Positions 1 through 12,600 of a DNA stretch of 64,000 nt are shown in pieces. Position 1 is the stretch's first letter. Each line of letters begins with the position of its first letter. The stretch spans positions 135,532,001 through 135,596,000 of the forward strand of contig OZ024740.1 in assembly GCA_964016885.1 (NCBI GenBank). Reading direction: 5' to 3'. This DNA comes from Eledone cirrhosa. Its lineage: Eukaryota. Both the position numbers and the translations under genes were made by a program. The notes beneath the pieces are model-generated. The model saw only the letters and a program-made list of their open reading frames with translations, ran no database searches and had not been told where the DNA came from.

Positions 1-963
1 CTAAACGGACCTTTACAGAATTTGCCCACTTACTTATCGGTAAGTTAGTGCTTATTTATTTAGATTACTTGCATGCCATTTCAGTTAAATTTAATTCATT
101 TTTCGCCTTCCTTAAATTTAAAAATCCCCATTGGGACTAGGGGATTGTCGATATCTTAGCGTTAAACTTTTCATATTCCCCCTTATTCAAGTGCAAATAC
201 AGTATTATCCCTATCTGAAAGGAAACTAAATTTAATGGTGTCTTTTGTGATGCCAAAAGCTAAAAATGGTGAGTAAATTTTCAAACAGTCTTAAATAATC
301 ATGCTTTTTGAAAAAAATTTACTAAATAATACTTTGACCAAGTTGTATTGGACACATACAAAGTTGTAAAAAATGTTACGTCCGTACCAATTTTTTCCTT
401 TTTTAAACAAAAGGTTCTAAAAAATTAGTTAATTCATAACACTACTGTCACATCCTTTTGCACAGGAAGTGAGTAAGTTTTTGGGTTTTTAAACGTAAGT
501 TCACCAGGGTTTGTGTCTTTTCAATTATTAGCCCACCTCTAATGGCATTTTTTTGTTCTGTTTACAACTAAATGTTATGAGCGTATTGCAAATTGCTATT
601 GTTCTTTAATTTTTTAATTAGTTGTCATAGACCATCTGCATGCAGTGCAATTGATTGCACACACGTACACACCTGCATGCAGATAAACACTGACAGCTAA
701 TAAAAAATCGCTAATTTGCTTATTAAGACATCGGTCAAAAAGAGAGATTGAATGTAGTTTAGAACATTTTTTGAATGTATTGTTCTTTTTGGCATGATAT
801 ATCAGAAATATAGCTACTATTCACTTTGGTTATTTTTTATAACTAAGAAACGGTTCCTTAATGAGAAAGATCCCAGGGTTTTGGACAAGTTTGTTTCAGG
901 CACTGTATAGACGCCAATTTTGTCACACCTTGGTCATGAATTTGTATTCTTTTCCAATAGATA

Positions 964-1219
964 CCGTATTTTCCGCTCTATAAGGCTCACCGGGATATAA
1001 GGCGTATCATTTAAAATCAGGTCCACGCAACGGCGTATAAGGCCAACCAGGAAAATGCTATCTTCTTTACTTTTAGTCTAGATCTATTACTTCTGTTAGA
1101 GCCGTGATTGATTACCATTGTATTATTTATACATAAGGCTCACCGGAGTATAAAGCGCAGAGCTGTTTTTTGATGAAATTTAGGTATTTTAAGTGCACTT
1201 TATAGGCCGGAAAATTCAG
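964..1219. mobile_element. Non-autonomous Tc1/mariner-pogo-like MITE
   Basis: Imperfect TIRs CCGTATTTTCCGCTCTATAAG ... CTTTATAGGCCGGAAAATTCAG, flanked by TA on both sides; internal repeated TAAGGCTCACCGG motif. Confidence 0.65.
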
Positions 1220-1331
1220 TAAGTTATTATAATCATATTTCCAAACCAGTAACCATGCTAGCGAATCTGGTGTCACCTCTCTCTGTACTTAATCACCCCT
1301 CTCTAACCTAACAGCTTCGTTACACGTCATT

Positions 1332-2321
1332 ATGTCCACACGGAAACGTTCAAGACTTGCCGCCAAAAAAGATACAGCTACTGCTTTGAGACGACGAATT
1401 AGGCGTTCTCAGGTATGCGTTCATTCCCAATTGGTTAATCCTTTATGCAATATTCTCCCTTAATGTTAGCAAGAACTGCGTTTATCCTGTCACCACTTTT
1501 AAACAACTACAACATTCTAATCGTAGTTATATTAAATTGTCTTACCTCGATTCCCTTTTGTTCATATTACACTTTTCTCATTTAGTATTGGCACAGTGCC
1601 TTTGGCTTAGCTAACCAGTAGCATTAATTAACTTTCTCTAGGAAACACCTGCTGAGCGCGAATCTTGACTCGCTGATAGACGTCTTTCGCGGCTGGTTGA
1701 GTCACCAACATCCCGTACGACAAGGCTTGCTGATGTTCGCCTTCGTCGCCAACAAGTACTGGCGGAGGAGTCACCAACATCCCGTCAGACGAGGCTTGTT
1801 GGGGTTCGCCTTCGTCGTCAACAAGTGCTTGCAGAAGAGACCACGGCAGACAGAGACAACAGGCTTGCTGCTAAGCATTCCCGGCATACATTAGCTACTG
1901 CTGCCAAGAGCTCAGGCTGGGTTAAAGCAGCCTTCAGATATAACCCCTCTGAGGAATATGGACTTTTGCCTACAGTTTCCATTGGCAAAATGGATAATGT
2001 CTGTACATCCTGCAAGGCAATGAAGTAGCCAGGCGAGGCGCCTTCTATGTGCTGTGCAGGAGGTAAGGTGCAATTAGAGGCATTGGCTGACCAGCCAGAC
2101 GTTCTTCTGAATCTACTTACAGGTGACAACACTACGGCTACAATGTTCCACCGTAACATGTGGAAATACAACTCCTGTTTCATGATGACCTCCTTTGGTG
2201 TAGACAATAACAACACCAACAACAACGTTGCACCTGTGATGCGCGGGAAGTAACTTTCACACATTTTAACAACAGAGCAAAGGTCGACTTACACTCGGGC
2301 AACGCCGGGTACTTCTGCTAG
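1332..2321 (+). mobile_element. Deleted Helitron: intron-containing N-terminal RepHel remnant joined to a Helitron 3' end
   Basis: Exon 1332-1412 (MSTRKRSRLAAKK...RRIRRSQ), GT-AG intron 1413-1641, then ETPAERES*LADRR with 23-aa repeats and IGKMDNVCTSCKAMK*PGEAPSMCCAGGKVQL (Helitron zinc-finger-like motif), with two in-frame stops. Ends in the hairpin CTCGGGCAACGCCGGG followed by CTAG|T at 2318-2322. 5' TC end not located. Confidence 0.85.
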
Positions 2322-3429
2322 TATGGTATATAACAGAATTGTAGCTATTACTTGACTGATTTAATAATGAATTTTAAAGGCTTTTTCTTTTTTTTTTTTT
2401 TAATAATAGTCCTTAAAATTTACCCTTCCACACTATATAGCTTGGAAAACCATATATAAATAGATTGCTGTCAGTTTTTACAACCAGCATAGATAAGCTG
2501 ACAATGGCAGGCTGAGACTGTCACCCACCAGTAGATCAACAAATGCAGAATGGATATATTTCAACACATTGGTTCTTGGCTGAATTAGAAATAAAATAAG
2601 TGGCTATATAACAGTCAGCATAGAGTTTTCTCCACTAATCTCAACACCAACATCTGGAAGATTAAAAACAAAGAAAATGAAAAAAAAAAAAGCCAATCAT
2701 TAAATCAGACAAAAAAGACTGTTTTCACTGGTCTTTCTATTGCTGATACTATCTGCTGGTCACAACTCTTAGGAGAAAGAAGTGGTATTTGAACACATGA
2801 TGCACAAAGCCAGATCAGATACTGTAAAACACCTTATCTGACTATTTAACAACTCTGCTAATCCACTGACCTTGGACTGGTACTTTATTGACCTCAAGCG
2901 AATGATAAGCAAAGTTGACCTTGATGGCTTTTGAACTCAGAACACAGAGCCAAAATAAACCTCAGGGCATATAATCTGATGCTCTAATAACTTTGCCAAT
3001 TTGTTGCCTTTATACATGCATAAAAAAACAGTTTAGTAAGATTTGGCTATCTTATCATTTTTATCTTTTTTCCTTCTCTCCTGGTTCTTCTGTTTCTTTT
3101 CTTTCATCCCATTCTTCTTCTCACAATTCCTTCCTCTCTTTATCTCCTCTATCATTTGCCCACCTATCTTTCTTCTCTTCCTCCCTTTTATTCCCTTCCT
3201 TCTACTATTATTTCCCCATTCATACCCCTCCCTCATCCCTTTCTCCTTGCATTACCTTCAGTAACTTGCTATAATTCCACAGCTATTTCTACCTCTATCT
3301 CTTCTCTCCTCATACTGTATATACTTGCATTTCCCACCTGTTTACCTCTCAATTTAAAAGAACATTCACGACTTTAATCTTTATCTTGGTGTCACTTTAA
3401 CCTTTTTCTTATTTTTTCTTCTCTTCCAG

Positions 3430-3524
3430 CTGTATCTTATGCCAATAAGACACTCTGTGACACATTGTTTGAAGTTTATGAAGATGACTGGGAAGACCAG
3501 AAATCCTTCCAATCTTATTTAGAG
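3430..3524 (+). CDS. AMPH: Amphiphysin/BIN1-like N-BAR gene, internal exon (95 nt, phase 1-0)
   Basis: ttccag acceptor and gtaggt donor; translates (A)VSYANKTLCDTLFEVYEDDWEDQKSFQSYLE, resembling BIN1 [23 protein letters not shown]. Confidence 0.88.
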
Positions 3525-4530
3525 GTAGGTAATCAGTTTATTCAAGTATATTTGCAAAACAAAGGGTTAGGAGGACTCTTTAGTTGTGTCAGAAACATGA
3601 CAACCTCCCTAGTGCTGATGATTTACACAATAAAAGCACCTAGTACACACTGTAAAGTAGTTGATGTTAGAAAAAGCATCCAGCTGTAGAAAGCTTGCCA
3701 AAGAAGGGATTGGGAGGATCCTTCAGTTTGTATAAAAAGACACGACAAATTCTCCTCTGCACTTGATATGACTCTAAGTAAGCAGGATTCAGATCCCTCA
3801 GCCTGTCGGTGAAGTTAGTACCTTCACTTCAGTACTGACTTGGTTTATGTGGACCTGTCAAACCCATGCTGGCAAAGAAAGCGGATGCTAAAGGAGGAGG
3901 AGGAGGACCAAATTAAAGCTGGTGTTTGACAGCTTATTCAATTGAAAAAGATGAATACCTTACAGTTGTATTGTCATGAGTTCTATTTCTAGCAATACAT
4001 TGCATCCTTGAGCAAGATGTTTTATTTAATGCTGCCACAGTTCACTCAGCTGGAAAGAAATGAGTTGTACATGTAACAAGGGCCAACTTTGTTATAGACT
4101 TTGGCAAGCATGAATCTCCCTGAGAACTACATTAAAGGTCTGAGGAATACTTGGTCACTTGCATGTTAAATTCATAAACAGGTTATTCTGTTGATCAGTT
4201 GGAACATACATTGTTGGAATCAATGGAAGTCAACACACACACACACAGAGGATGTTTACTTTATACAAGGTTTAGTGTTTAATTGTTATGAGTTCAAAGT
4301 CTCTTACTTAGTCTTTCTTCCATCCATTAGTTTCAATAAAATAAGGATTAGCTGTTGTTGTTGAACTCCAAATCAGACCAGATCAAACAAAGTTGTTCCA
4401 GTTGTGACCATTGTTTTGTACAGTATAGACCACATTGTTCAATATAAATTTTTTTTTATATAAGCTGTGATTTTATTGTTATTTCAAGTAATCACATGAA
4501 TAGGCTTCCTTATTGCTTTGAATAAAGATT

Positions 4531-4698
<168 letters not shown>

Positions 4699-5174
4699 TA
4701 TTAAGGCATAAAATTGAATCTTGTTACTCCGGAGTTTCACCTGTTTATCACCACTCTTGATACCACTTCCAACCTAGCTGCGCATGTCAATCCTGTTCAT
4801 GAAGATAATGAACAGATGTGATAGTACGCATCCTCGATAAAGTTCAACATCCATATTGAATTCTTTCAACTTTTTTTGAAACCGTTTGTCTGAACACAAA
4901 TACTTGGGCATTTGTACAGAGACTTCAAGGCAACAAGAAGCTGTTCATACTCCTTATATGTTTATTGTATATAAACATATAGTATATACTTTCATATACA
5001 CGCATATTATTTTTAATGCTCTCTTAGTGCTACTGGCAATTAATTATAACCAGCCAAGTTCACACTATAGCTGGTGTTTTCTATTTGTTTATACTAATGA
5101 GCACCTCCAGCCAACATTCATCATACAAAATCCGTATAAGCTTTAGTTTATTTTCATCTCAGCACCAGTTGGGT

Positions 5175-5225
5175 GAATGTCACTGATGAGAGATTAATCA
5201 ATCTTGAAACATCTGTCTGTCATTC
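5175..5225 (+). ncRNA. Minimal type I hammerhead ribozyme motif (Penelope/retrozyme style)
   Basis: GAATGTCA-CTGATGA-GAGATT(AATC)AATCTT-GAAAC-ATCT-GTC-TGTCATTC: intact core, stem II, minimal stem III, stem I 7 of 8 bp. Confidence 0.75.
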
Positions 5226-5453
5226 TTAGTGGCTACTGAGATATCTGTGACATGTTCACTGAGCAAAAGAGGCAAAAATATTTTTTACATAATAAAAAAA
5301 TTATTTTTTCTATTATAGTGTGGCTCTCATGTTTAATGTATATAAACATATTATGCTTAATGCTAATTAATATATGTATAAATATTTATATGCACACATG
5401 CACATACTTATATATATATAGTGTGGAAAATGGACATTAAACGATGATGATGA

Positions 5454-5523
<70 letters not shown>

Positions 5524-7350
5524 GCCCTAGATAGGGGAAACTATAGAGGCATTAAATTAATTGACCAGGTCATGAAGGTCACAGAAAAAGTTATAGTGCA
5601 ACTAATCAGAGAGCGAATTAATCTAGATGAAACGCAGTTTGGGTTTGTGTCAGATAAAAGTACCACAGACGCTCTTTTCCTTGTACGACAACTACAGGAG
5701 AAGTACCTAGCTAAAAGTAAACCCCTATACTTAGCTTTTGTTGACTTGGAGAAAGCTTTGACAGAGTCCCCCGCTCCATTATTTGGTGGGCTCTTACAAA
5801 ACTAGGTGTTGATGAATGGCTCGTGAGAGCTATACAAGCCATGTATAAAGAAACAGTCAGCAAGGTTAGAATTAACAACGAATATAGTGAAGAGTTTAGC
5901 GTAAAAGTTGGTGTTCATCAGGGCTCTGTTCTTAGCCCCCTCCTATTTATAATTTCCCTTCAGGCTATAACAGAGGAGTTTAAGACCGGCTGCCCATGGG
6001 AACTCCTATACACAGATGATCTAATGCTCATAGCTGAATCAATGGCTGAACTAGAGAAGAAATTCCAAACTTGGAAGCATGGCCTAGAATCAAAAGGCCT
6101 TAAAATTAACTTGTCTAAGACTAAAGTTCTAATATGTAGGAAGGAAAATAGAGCACTGGTCCCCTCTGGGAAATGGTCATGCTCAGTGTGTAGGAAAGGA
6201 GTAGGCAGAAACTCCATTTTATGTCCTAAATGCAAAGTATGGGTGAATAAAAAATGTAGTGGGATCACAGGTAAACTAAGTAAGAACATAGATTTTATAT
6301 GTGGCCGGTGCTCAGGTGCAATAAGTAGTAGCAAGATACCCACAGGATACTAGCTCATTCCATTGCACAGATGGTTCTATAGAAATAGTGGACACCTTCC
6401 GTTACCTGGGTGACAAAATCAGCAGTGGTGAAGGGTGCTCTGAAAGTACAGTAGCTAGAGTCAGAATGGGATGGAAAAAGTTCAGAGAGCTTATACCACT
6501 ATTGGCCGCTAAAGGTTTCTCCCTAAAAGTGAAAGGCAGACTGTATGATGCCTGCATATGAACAACAATGTTACATGGCAGTGGACATGGGCATTGTGTG
6601 CAGAGGATCTGCGCAGACTAGAGAGGAACGAAGCTTGCATGCTCCGTTGGATGTGTAATAGTAATATACGTGATCAGCAAACCATAAATGAACTAAGTGA
6701 GAAATTAGGAATAAGAGGGATCAGATGCTGTTTACTCGAGAGAAGACTACGTTGGTATGGACACGTGATGCGCATGAAAGACGACAGCTGTATAAAAAAA
6801 TGCAGGGCGATCAAAATAGATAGAAGCTATGGAGTAGGCAGACCCAGAAAAACCGGGGACGATTTGATAAATTCCGACCTTACACACTTATACCTCTCAA
6901 AGATAATGTCACTGGACCGAGATTTTTGGCGCTACGCAGTAATACAGAAGACCCACCTTGCCTAAGTACAAGGCGAAACCTACAGTCAGTAGGCACCTCC
7001 TAACCAAAAATACACCCCCATCCCGCTACCCCTACCCCCACCCCCATCTACACCACTCCTCTCTCTGTAAAGTTATGTTGGTGCCACAACATCCAGTCCT
7101 AAATAAATGAGGTCGTGTAGGTGTCACGACAAAAAAACACACAGTCCACGTTGTAATGTGACCGTGTAGGTAACACGGTAAAAACCCCCCAGTCCACACT
7201 GTAAACATGGTTGGTGTTAGGAAGGGCATCCAGCTGTAGAAAACCCGCCAGACAGTCCTATATGAGCAAGACAACCAATCTTGCCTCACGTGGGACAATT
7301 CCCATCTAAACCCATGCTAGCGTGGAAGATAGACGTTAAACGCTGATGAT
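5524..7350 (+). mobile_element. 5'-truncated RTE-clade LINE (RT, Cys-rich finger, C-terminus, 3' UTR, GAT tail), disrupted
   Basis: NYRGIKL, QFGF, AFVDLEKA, GVHQGSVLSPLLF, LLYTDDL, RRLRWYGHVMRM, GRPRKT motifs; frameshifts and stops; starts directly after (TA)n. Confidence 0.95.
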
Positions 7351-7967
7351 ATACACACACACACACATGCACATATATATATATATATATACTGCTGGTT
7401 AATTGTCTTTATTGGTGATCACAAGAAATATTGGTTGATTGCATCTCTCTGCTATACTTCTATCCACTATCCAAGGCTATCTACAACAGGTAGAAAACTA
7501 TACTGTTATGTTTAGATATTAATCTTGGGAACTTGGGATTCCCTGAGGTAACTGAGTTCATTTAAATTAGCAGCAGGTTTATAATAAACTACATTGCTCA
7601 AATGAAAACTGACTGCTATAGTAAATTTGGTTCTAACCAGCATGTATTTCTATATGCCACATTACTGCTTAGTTGGTAAGTAGCTGGTGTCATTTCAAGT
7701 TATTTGTTGTTGTTATTATGATACACACATACAAGGGCAGTGGATTTGCAGAATTGTCATTAATGGTTAAAGTGCTTTGCGCATTTGTTCTGATTCTTTA
7801 TGTTCTGTGTTCAAATCTCACAGGAGTCAATATTATCTTTCACCCTTCCAAGGTTGATAAAATAAAGTACCACTAAAAACTGGGTCAATTTAATTTGTTT
7901 TCTTCTTCCTCAAATTTGCTGGCCTAGTGCCTAAATTTAAAAAACATTACGATACATATCATCATCA

Positions 7968-8330
7968 CCATCATCATCATAGATGAATGTCTATCTTCCA
8001 TGCTAGCATGGGTTAGACGGGTCCTATTTAGAGGCAAGTTGGGTCAGGTAACCGTGTCTCGCTCATATAGGGGTTTTTCTGGCTTGTTTTCTATGGCTGA
8101 ATGCCCTTCCTAATGCCAACCAAATTGACAGTGTGTGCTGGGTGCTTTTTGCCGTGTCTTTTACACGTCCACTTTACAGTGTGATCTGGTGGGTGGGGCA
8201 TACTGTACATATGCTTCAGCTTGTGCTTGTGGGAAGTCGGGTCTTCTGTATTACTGCATATCGCCAGAGATCCCGGTCATGTCTCATCTACTTTGGGAGG
8301 TCCAATTGGGCAAGGTCGGCTTTTATATAT
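7968..8330 (-). mobile_element. RTE 3' UTR fragment or RTE-tailed SINE
   Basis: Reverse complement of the shared tail (GGAAGGGCATCCAGC...AACCCATGCTAGCATGGAAG) with a (CAT)n tail at the left end. Confidence 0.8.
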
Positions 8331-10389
8331 ACATAAATTTTGGTCGGTATATATATGTATAAATTTTGTGACAATGTTTCAAATCTTGTTTTAAAAGAGT
8401 TAATATTGTTCCTAACAGCTCTTTAGAAAATTAAATGGGAAAGAGAAAAATCTTTGAGAGTAAGTTCATAGATTCATTCATTCTGACAAGTGGAATAGAT
8501 ATTCATGCTTTCACTTGTTTGTGCAAATACACTGACACAAACACATGTGAAATCAATGCTTAAGAAATTTTACATTATAGAAGCTGATAGCTATCTGTCT
8601 AGTGCATTCTTTAATACTTTCATTACCATATTCCTAATGAAGTACACTATGATTTTCAATTAATTTTGAAAATAATCAAGTACTTGGAGGGATTTAGTTA
8701 TAAAACAAACTTTCTCATTATTAAACTGGTGTTTGGGTCATTATTTATCAAAGATTCTTACTTAATATTATGATAGGTTTTTTAGATAAATATAAACACT
8801 TTAAAATAAACAATTTTCTATCATAGAACCCAGAGGAGTGTCAGGTGGTTTTTGGTATGAAATGGGTTAAATTTTTTTAGATCTTCATCAAGTCAGATAT
8901 GACCCAGAAATAATTTGTTCAGATAGTTAATATCTAAGAATCAAAATAGCAAAGAAACTTTGTGATAGGCACATATTGAAATCTTTTGCAATACCAACAG
9001 ACTAACTTCTTTCTTTGCAGTCATTTTAAATCAATATAAGTAACATTAGTTGACAGTGTTAATTTTAGGAAATTACTGCTATCACTAAGTCAAATTGAAA
9101 TAGTGGTTCTGTACTGCTGATTTGTTATTGTGGAAAGTGTCAAGAAGGTTTTCTGTAGGTATGGGCAATTAACTTAATTATTTGAGAGGTACAAAATTAA
9201 TCAAGTTTCCTTGTGCCATGTCATAATATTGTTACTGCATACTACTGAAGATAATGCAAGGAGAGAGGGATGAGAAAGAAGTCAGAAGAGAGAAAGTATA
9301 GGTGAATGAATGAAGTGGGGGGGAAAAAACAAGGAAATTTAGGATTGTTTCATTGACCTTGAGTAATAGTAACTAAAGTTGATCATATCTAAATTTGAAC
9401 TCAGAATGTTGGGTGATGAAACTAAATACTAGTTCAATAATTTATCATTTTTGCCACTTCACTATTTTGTTAACTATTATTTTTATATCTATGGTTTAGA
9501 AGTCACTGGAATGTGCATCATTTAAAAAAAAAATTTCATTCATTTTAATGACTCTATTTAAATCTCCCTCCCCTGCTCCTTCTTTCTCACTCCCCTCTCT
9601 CTGTTAATCTCTTTATATACAATTATTAATTATATCAAAGGTGAAAGGAAATGACTTTAGGAAATATGTTGTGTGTATGTGTGTATCTGTGTGTGTGTCT
9701 GTCTCTTCAGGTGGGTGGGTATGGGTGTAATTTAAGACAGCTAAATGCATAACAGTTTTCATTAAGTTTCAATGTTTAGAACTATTAATGTGTTACCTTC
9801 TAGTTCTATGACTTGGCTCTCTTTAGAAGATAACAAGATGAGCATGTACATTTCTATTGTGCACATTTTCTATAAATGTATGTGTGTATGTGTAAACTAT
9901 ATTTATGTATGTGTATATATATATAATCATCATTTTAATGTCCATTTTCTCTGCTATATAATCATTGTTTTAATGCTCAATTTTCCATGCTGGCATGTTT
10001 GATAGGACTTTTTTGTGACAATGCTATACAGCTGGATGCCCTTCCTGGTACCAACCATTTTAGTTGTCTCTTATAATATGCAAGGATACAATATAGTATA
10101 CCTATTGTAAGCCAGATACACATTTATATAAGACAGAACTGTTGAAACAGACTTTATTATTAATTTATTTTTTTGTAAGGACAGAAATATAATGATCATT
10201 GACTAAGTTACAATTTTTCAAATGATATGTATGAATTAAGAATTTTAATTTTTAGAAAACATCCTCATTAAACGCCACAACAAATGCTATTTAAAAAATT
10301 CATAGCCATCTGGCATTTGAAGTCATTATATAATATTTTGTATTGGTGATATTATAAGATACTTTGCATTATTGAATTCATGCAAATGT

Positions 10390-10790
10390 CTTCTTCTTCG
10401 CCCACTCATTCCTGAGAGGGTCGGGGGGGCAAACACTTTTTCCAGCAGGTCCTGTCAGAAGTAACTGTCTCCAACTGATCTGGCTGAATCCCCAAGGTGA
10501 CCAGCCAAGCTCATGGATGTTATCCAACCATCTTGCTCGTGATCTACCCCTGGGTCCCCTACTGGTTGGTTTGCCTGTAAAATCTGTCCTGAGACATTAT
10601 AACCCATAGTATTGAAACTGTGATCTCTCAATTAGGAGAAGTAGCGGCTCTACCTGGAGTGACTCTCTGATCTTCGAGCTACGCACTCTATCTAGTAATG
10701 TTACTCCAAAGATCCTTCGGCAGAACCCCATTTCAGCCACTTGTATTCATGATAGTATTCTTTCAGTCATTACTCAAGATTCATTGCCTA
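10390..10790 (-). mobile_element. 3' fragment of a second RTE-type LINE family
   Basis: Minus strand reads IQVAEMGFCRRIFGVTLLDRVRSSKIRESLQVEPLLLLIERSQ ... PRGRSRARWLDNI; (GAA)n-type tail. Confidence 0.75.
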
Positions 10791-10859
10791 CAACTTGAAA
10801 CTACCTAAAGCCAAAGAAGCCCACAAAACTGGCAAGGCCAGGGCAACCCTCAGGATAAA

Positions 10860-11835
10860 GTGGGAAGAGCAATGGTCGGCCAACATAAGGGTTTCGTCAC
10901 TCTTCTGAAGAGAGAAAATCTATCTGTATTTGCTGTTCATTGTGTCATTCATCGACAACATGTGGCTGTGAAGAAACTCAGTGAGACGCTGAGCAAGTCC
11001 TTGCAGGTGGCCATTGATGTCATCAATTTTATGAAACGCCATTCCCTCAATGAACAAATTTTTCGGCAACTGTGCCAAGATAATGACGAAGAATTTCGTC
11101 AAGCTGCTCCTTCATACTGAAGTGAGATGGCTTTCAAAGGGCAAGTACCTTACTCACTTCTTTGAACTGTTCGACTCTGTCATTGAGTTTCTTCGAGGAC
11201 GCAACACAGAACTGTACAAGAAAACCCTCGATGTGATGCAAGACTGCGCCTGCCTCGTTAACATCTTCGACAAATGCAATAGCGTCATTATGGCTTTGCA
11301 GGGGAAGAAGATCACATTGCTTAAAGCAAGGAATGCTGTGAAAACATTCCTGGCCAAATTGAATGTCATCGAAAGGAATCTTTGTTGACGGGAATTCTAT
11401 AATTTTCCTAGTGTCGCCAATGTTCAAAACATTGTAAGCGATGACCAACTCCAAATTTATACCGCTCACCTCCGTGCACTACAAGACAATATGAGAGAAT
11501 GGTTTGTTGACCTTTTGCTGATGGTCATCCCAATGTGGATAGCAGATCCCTTCATAGCTACCATCAACGATTTGGACGTTAAATTTCAGGAAGAATTCTT
11601 TGAACTTCAAGCAGATGACATGATCAAAATTAGATTTCCCAAAATAGGTGAACCCCTTTTTTGGATGCAAGAGGAAATTCAACATCGATTTCCACTCTTA
11701 CATGCAGAGGCTAAGAGATTTGTTCTGCCTTTTCCAAGCTCATACTTAGTCGAGAGGAGGTTTGGTGCTGTTTCCAGACTGCACAGTAAGTCTCACAACC
11801 ACTACAATGTAATTACACGTGGAGATGCAGTCTGA
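10860..11835 (+). pseudogene. hAT (Charlie/Buster, SCAND3/ZBED8-like) transposase remnant
   Basis: HCVIHRQ, LLLHTEVRWLSKG, ALQGK and FPSSYLVERRF motifs across frameshifted ORFs; possible Charlie-like right end GGTTGAGAACCTGTG near 12770-12784. Confidence 0.9.
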
Positions 11836-12159
11836 CTGGACTGGAAACCATCTACTACAATTGACTTACTCATTTGTTGTATATATTTTACCACTTACTA
11901 ATAAATATACCCTCTTATATGGTCATGAAAACCCTCTTCTATGGTCTCTAAGTTCACAAAGCGGAGGGGACATCAAGTTAGATATCAATATTTATTCTGT
12001 CCGTTTCATTAAAGGGAAAATTGGAAAGCTTTGAAATGATATAATTGCCACTTTCTTCCAGATAAGAGCACTCTTTGGATAGACAGAGTTGCTCTTGTAT
12101 AAATGTTCAAAATAGCTGGTTCGCCTGATGGGAATATAACAAATTCAACTGGTCCTTCA

Positions 12160-12600
12160 GCAGCACCGTTTGTTTTACGTCCGTTCTTCCATGCTAGCAT
12201 AGGTTAGACGGGTTGTCCTGTTGTGGGCAGTGTCCGGTCGGCTGACCTTGTCTTACTCATACAGGAACTGATTCTGGCTTGATTTCTACAGCTGGATGCC
12301 CTTCCTAATACCAACCGCATTTACAGTTAGTGCTGGGTGCTTTTTTTCCGTGGCACCTACACATCCACTTTTACAGTGTGGGCTTGGTGCTTTTTTTGCC
12401 ATGGCACCTCCACGACCACTTTGTAGTGGAATGATAGGGACCCCAGTCCTCTCATCTTATTTCTACAGCTGAGTAAACTGGAGCAATGTGAAATAAAGTG
12501 TCTTGCTCAAGGAAACAACACATCACCCGGTCCGAAAATTGAACTCACAACCTTTCGATTGCAAGCCCAATGTTCTAACCACTAAGCCATGCGCCTTCCT
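12160..12600 (-). mobile_element. tRNA-headed SINE with RTE-type 3' tail
   Basis: Reverse complement gives a GGCGCATGGCTTAGTGGTTAG...GTTCAATTT head, a CCTTGAGCAAGACACTT body and the RTE tail; homologous to 56123-56459. Confidence 0.85.

Noticed and set aside
1-45. Possible preceding amphiphysin exon ending at gtaagt (40-45)
   Set aside because: The phase-1 frame (KRTFTEFAHLLI) does not resemble the expected BAR sequence, and the frame with slight resemblance has the wrong phase.
870-907. Tc1-like right TIR ending CACTG|TA
   Set aside because: No partner TIR in the window, so it cannot be supported.
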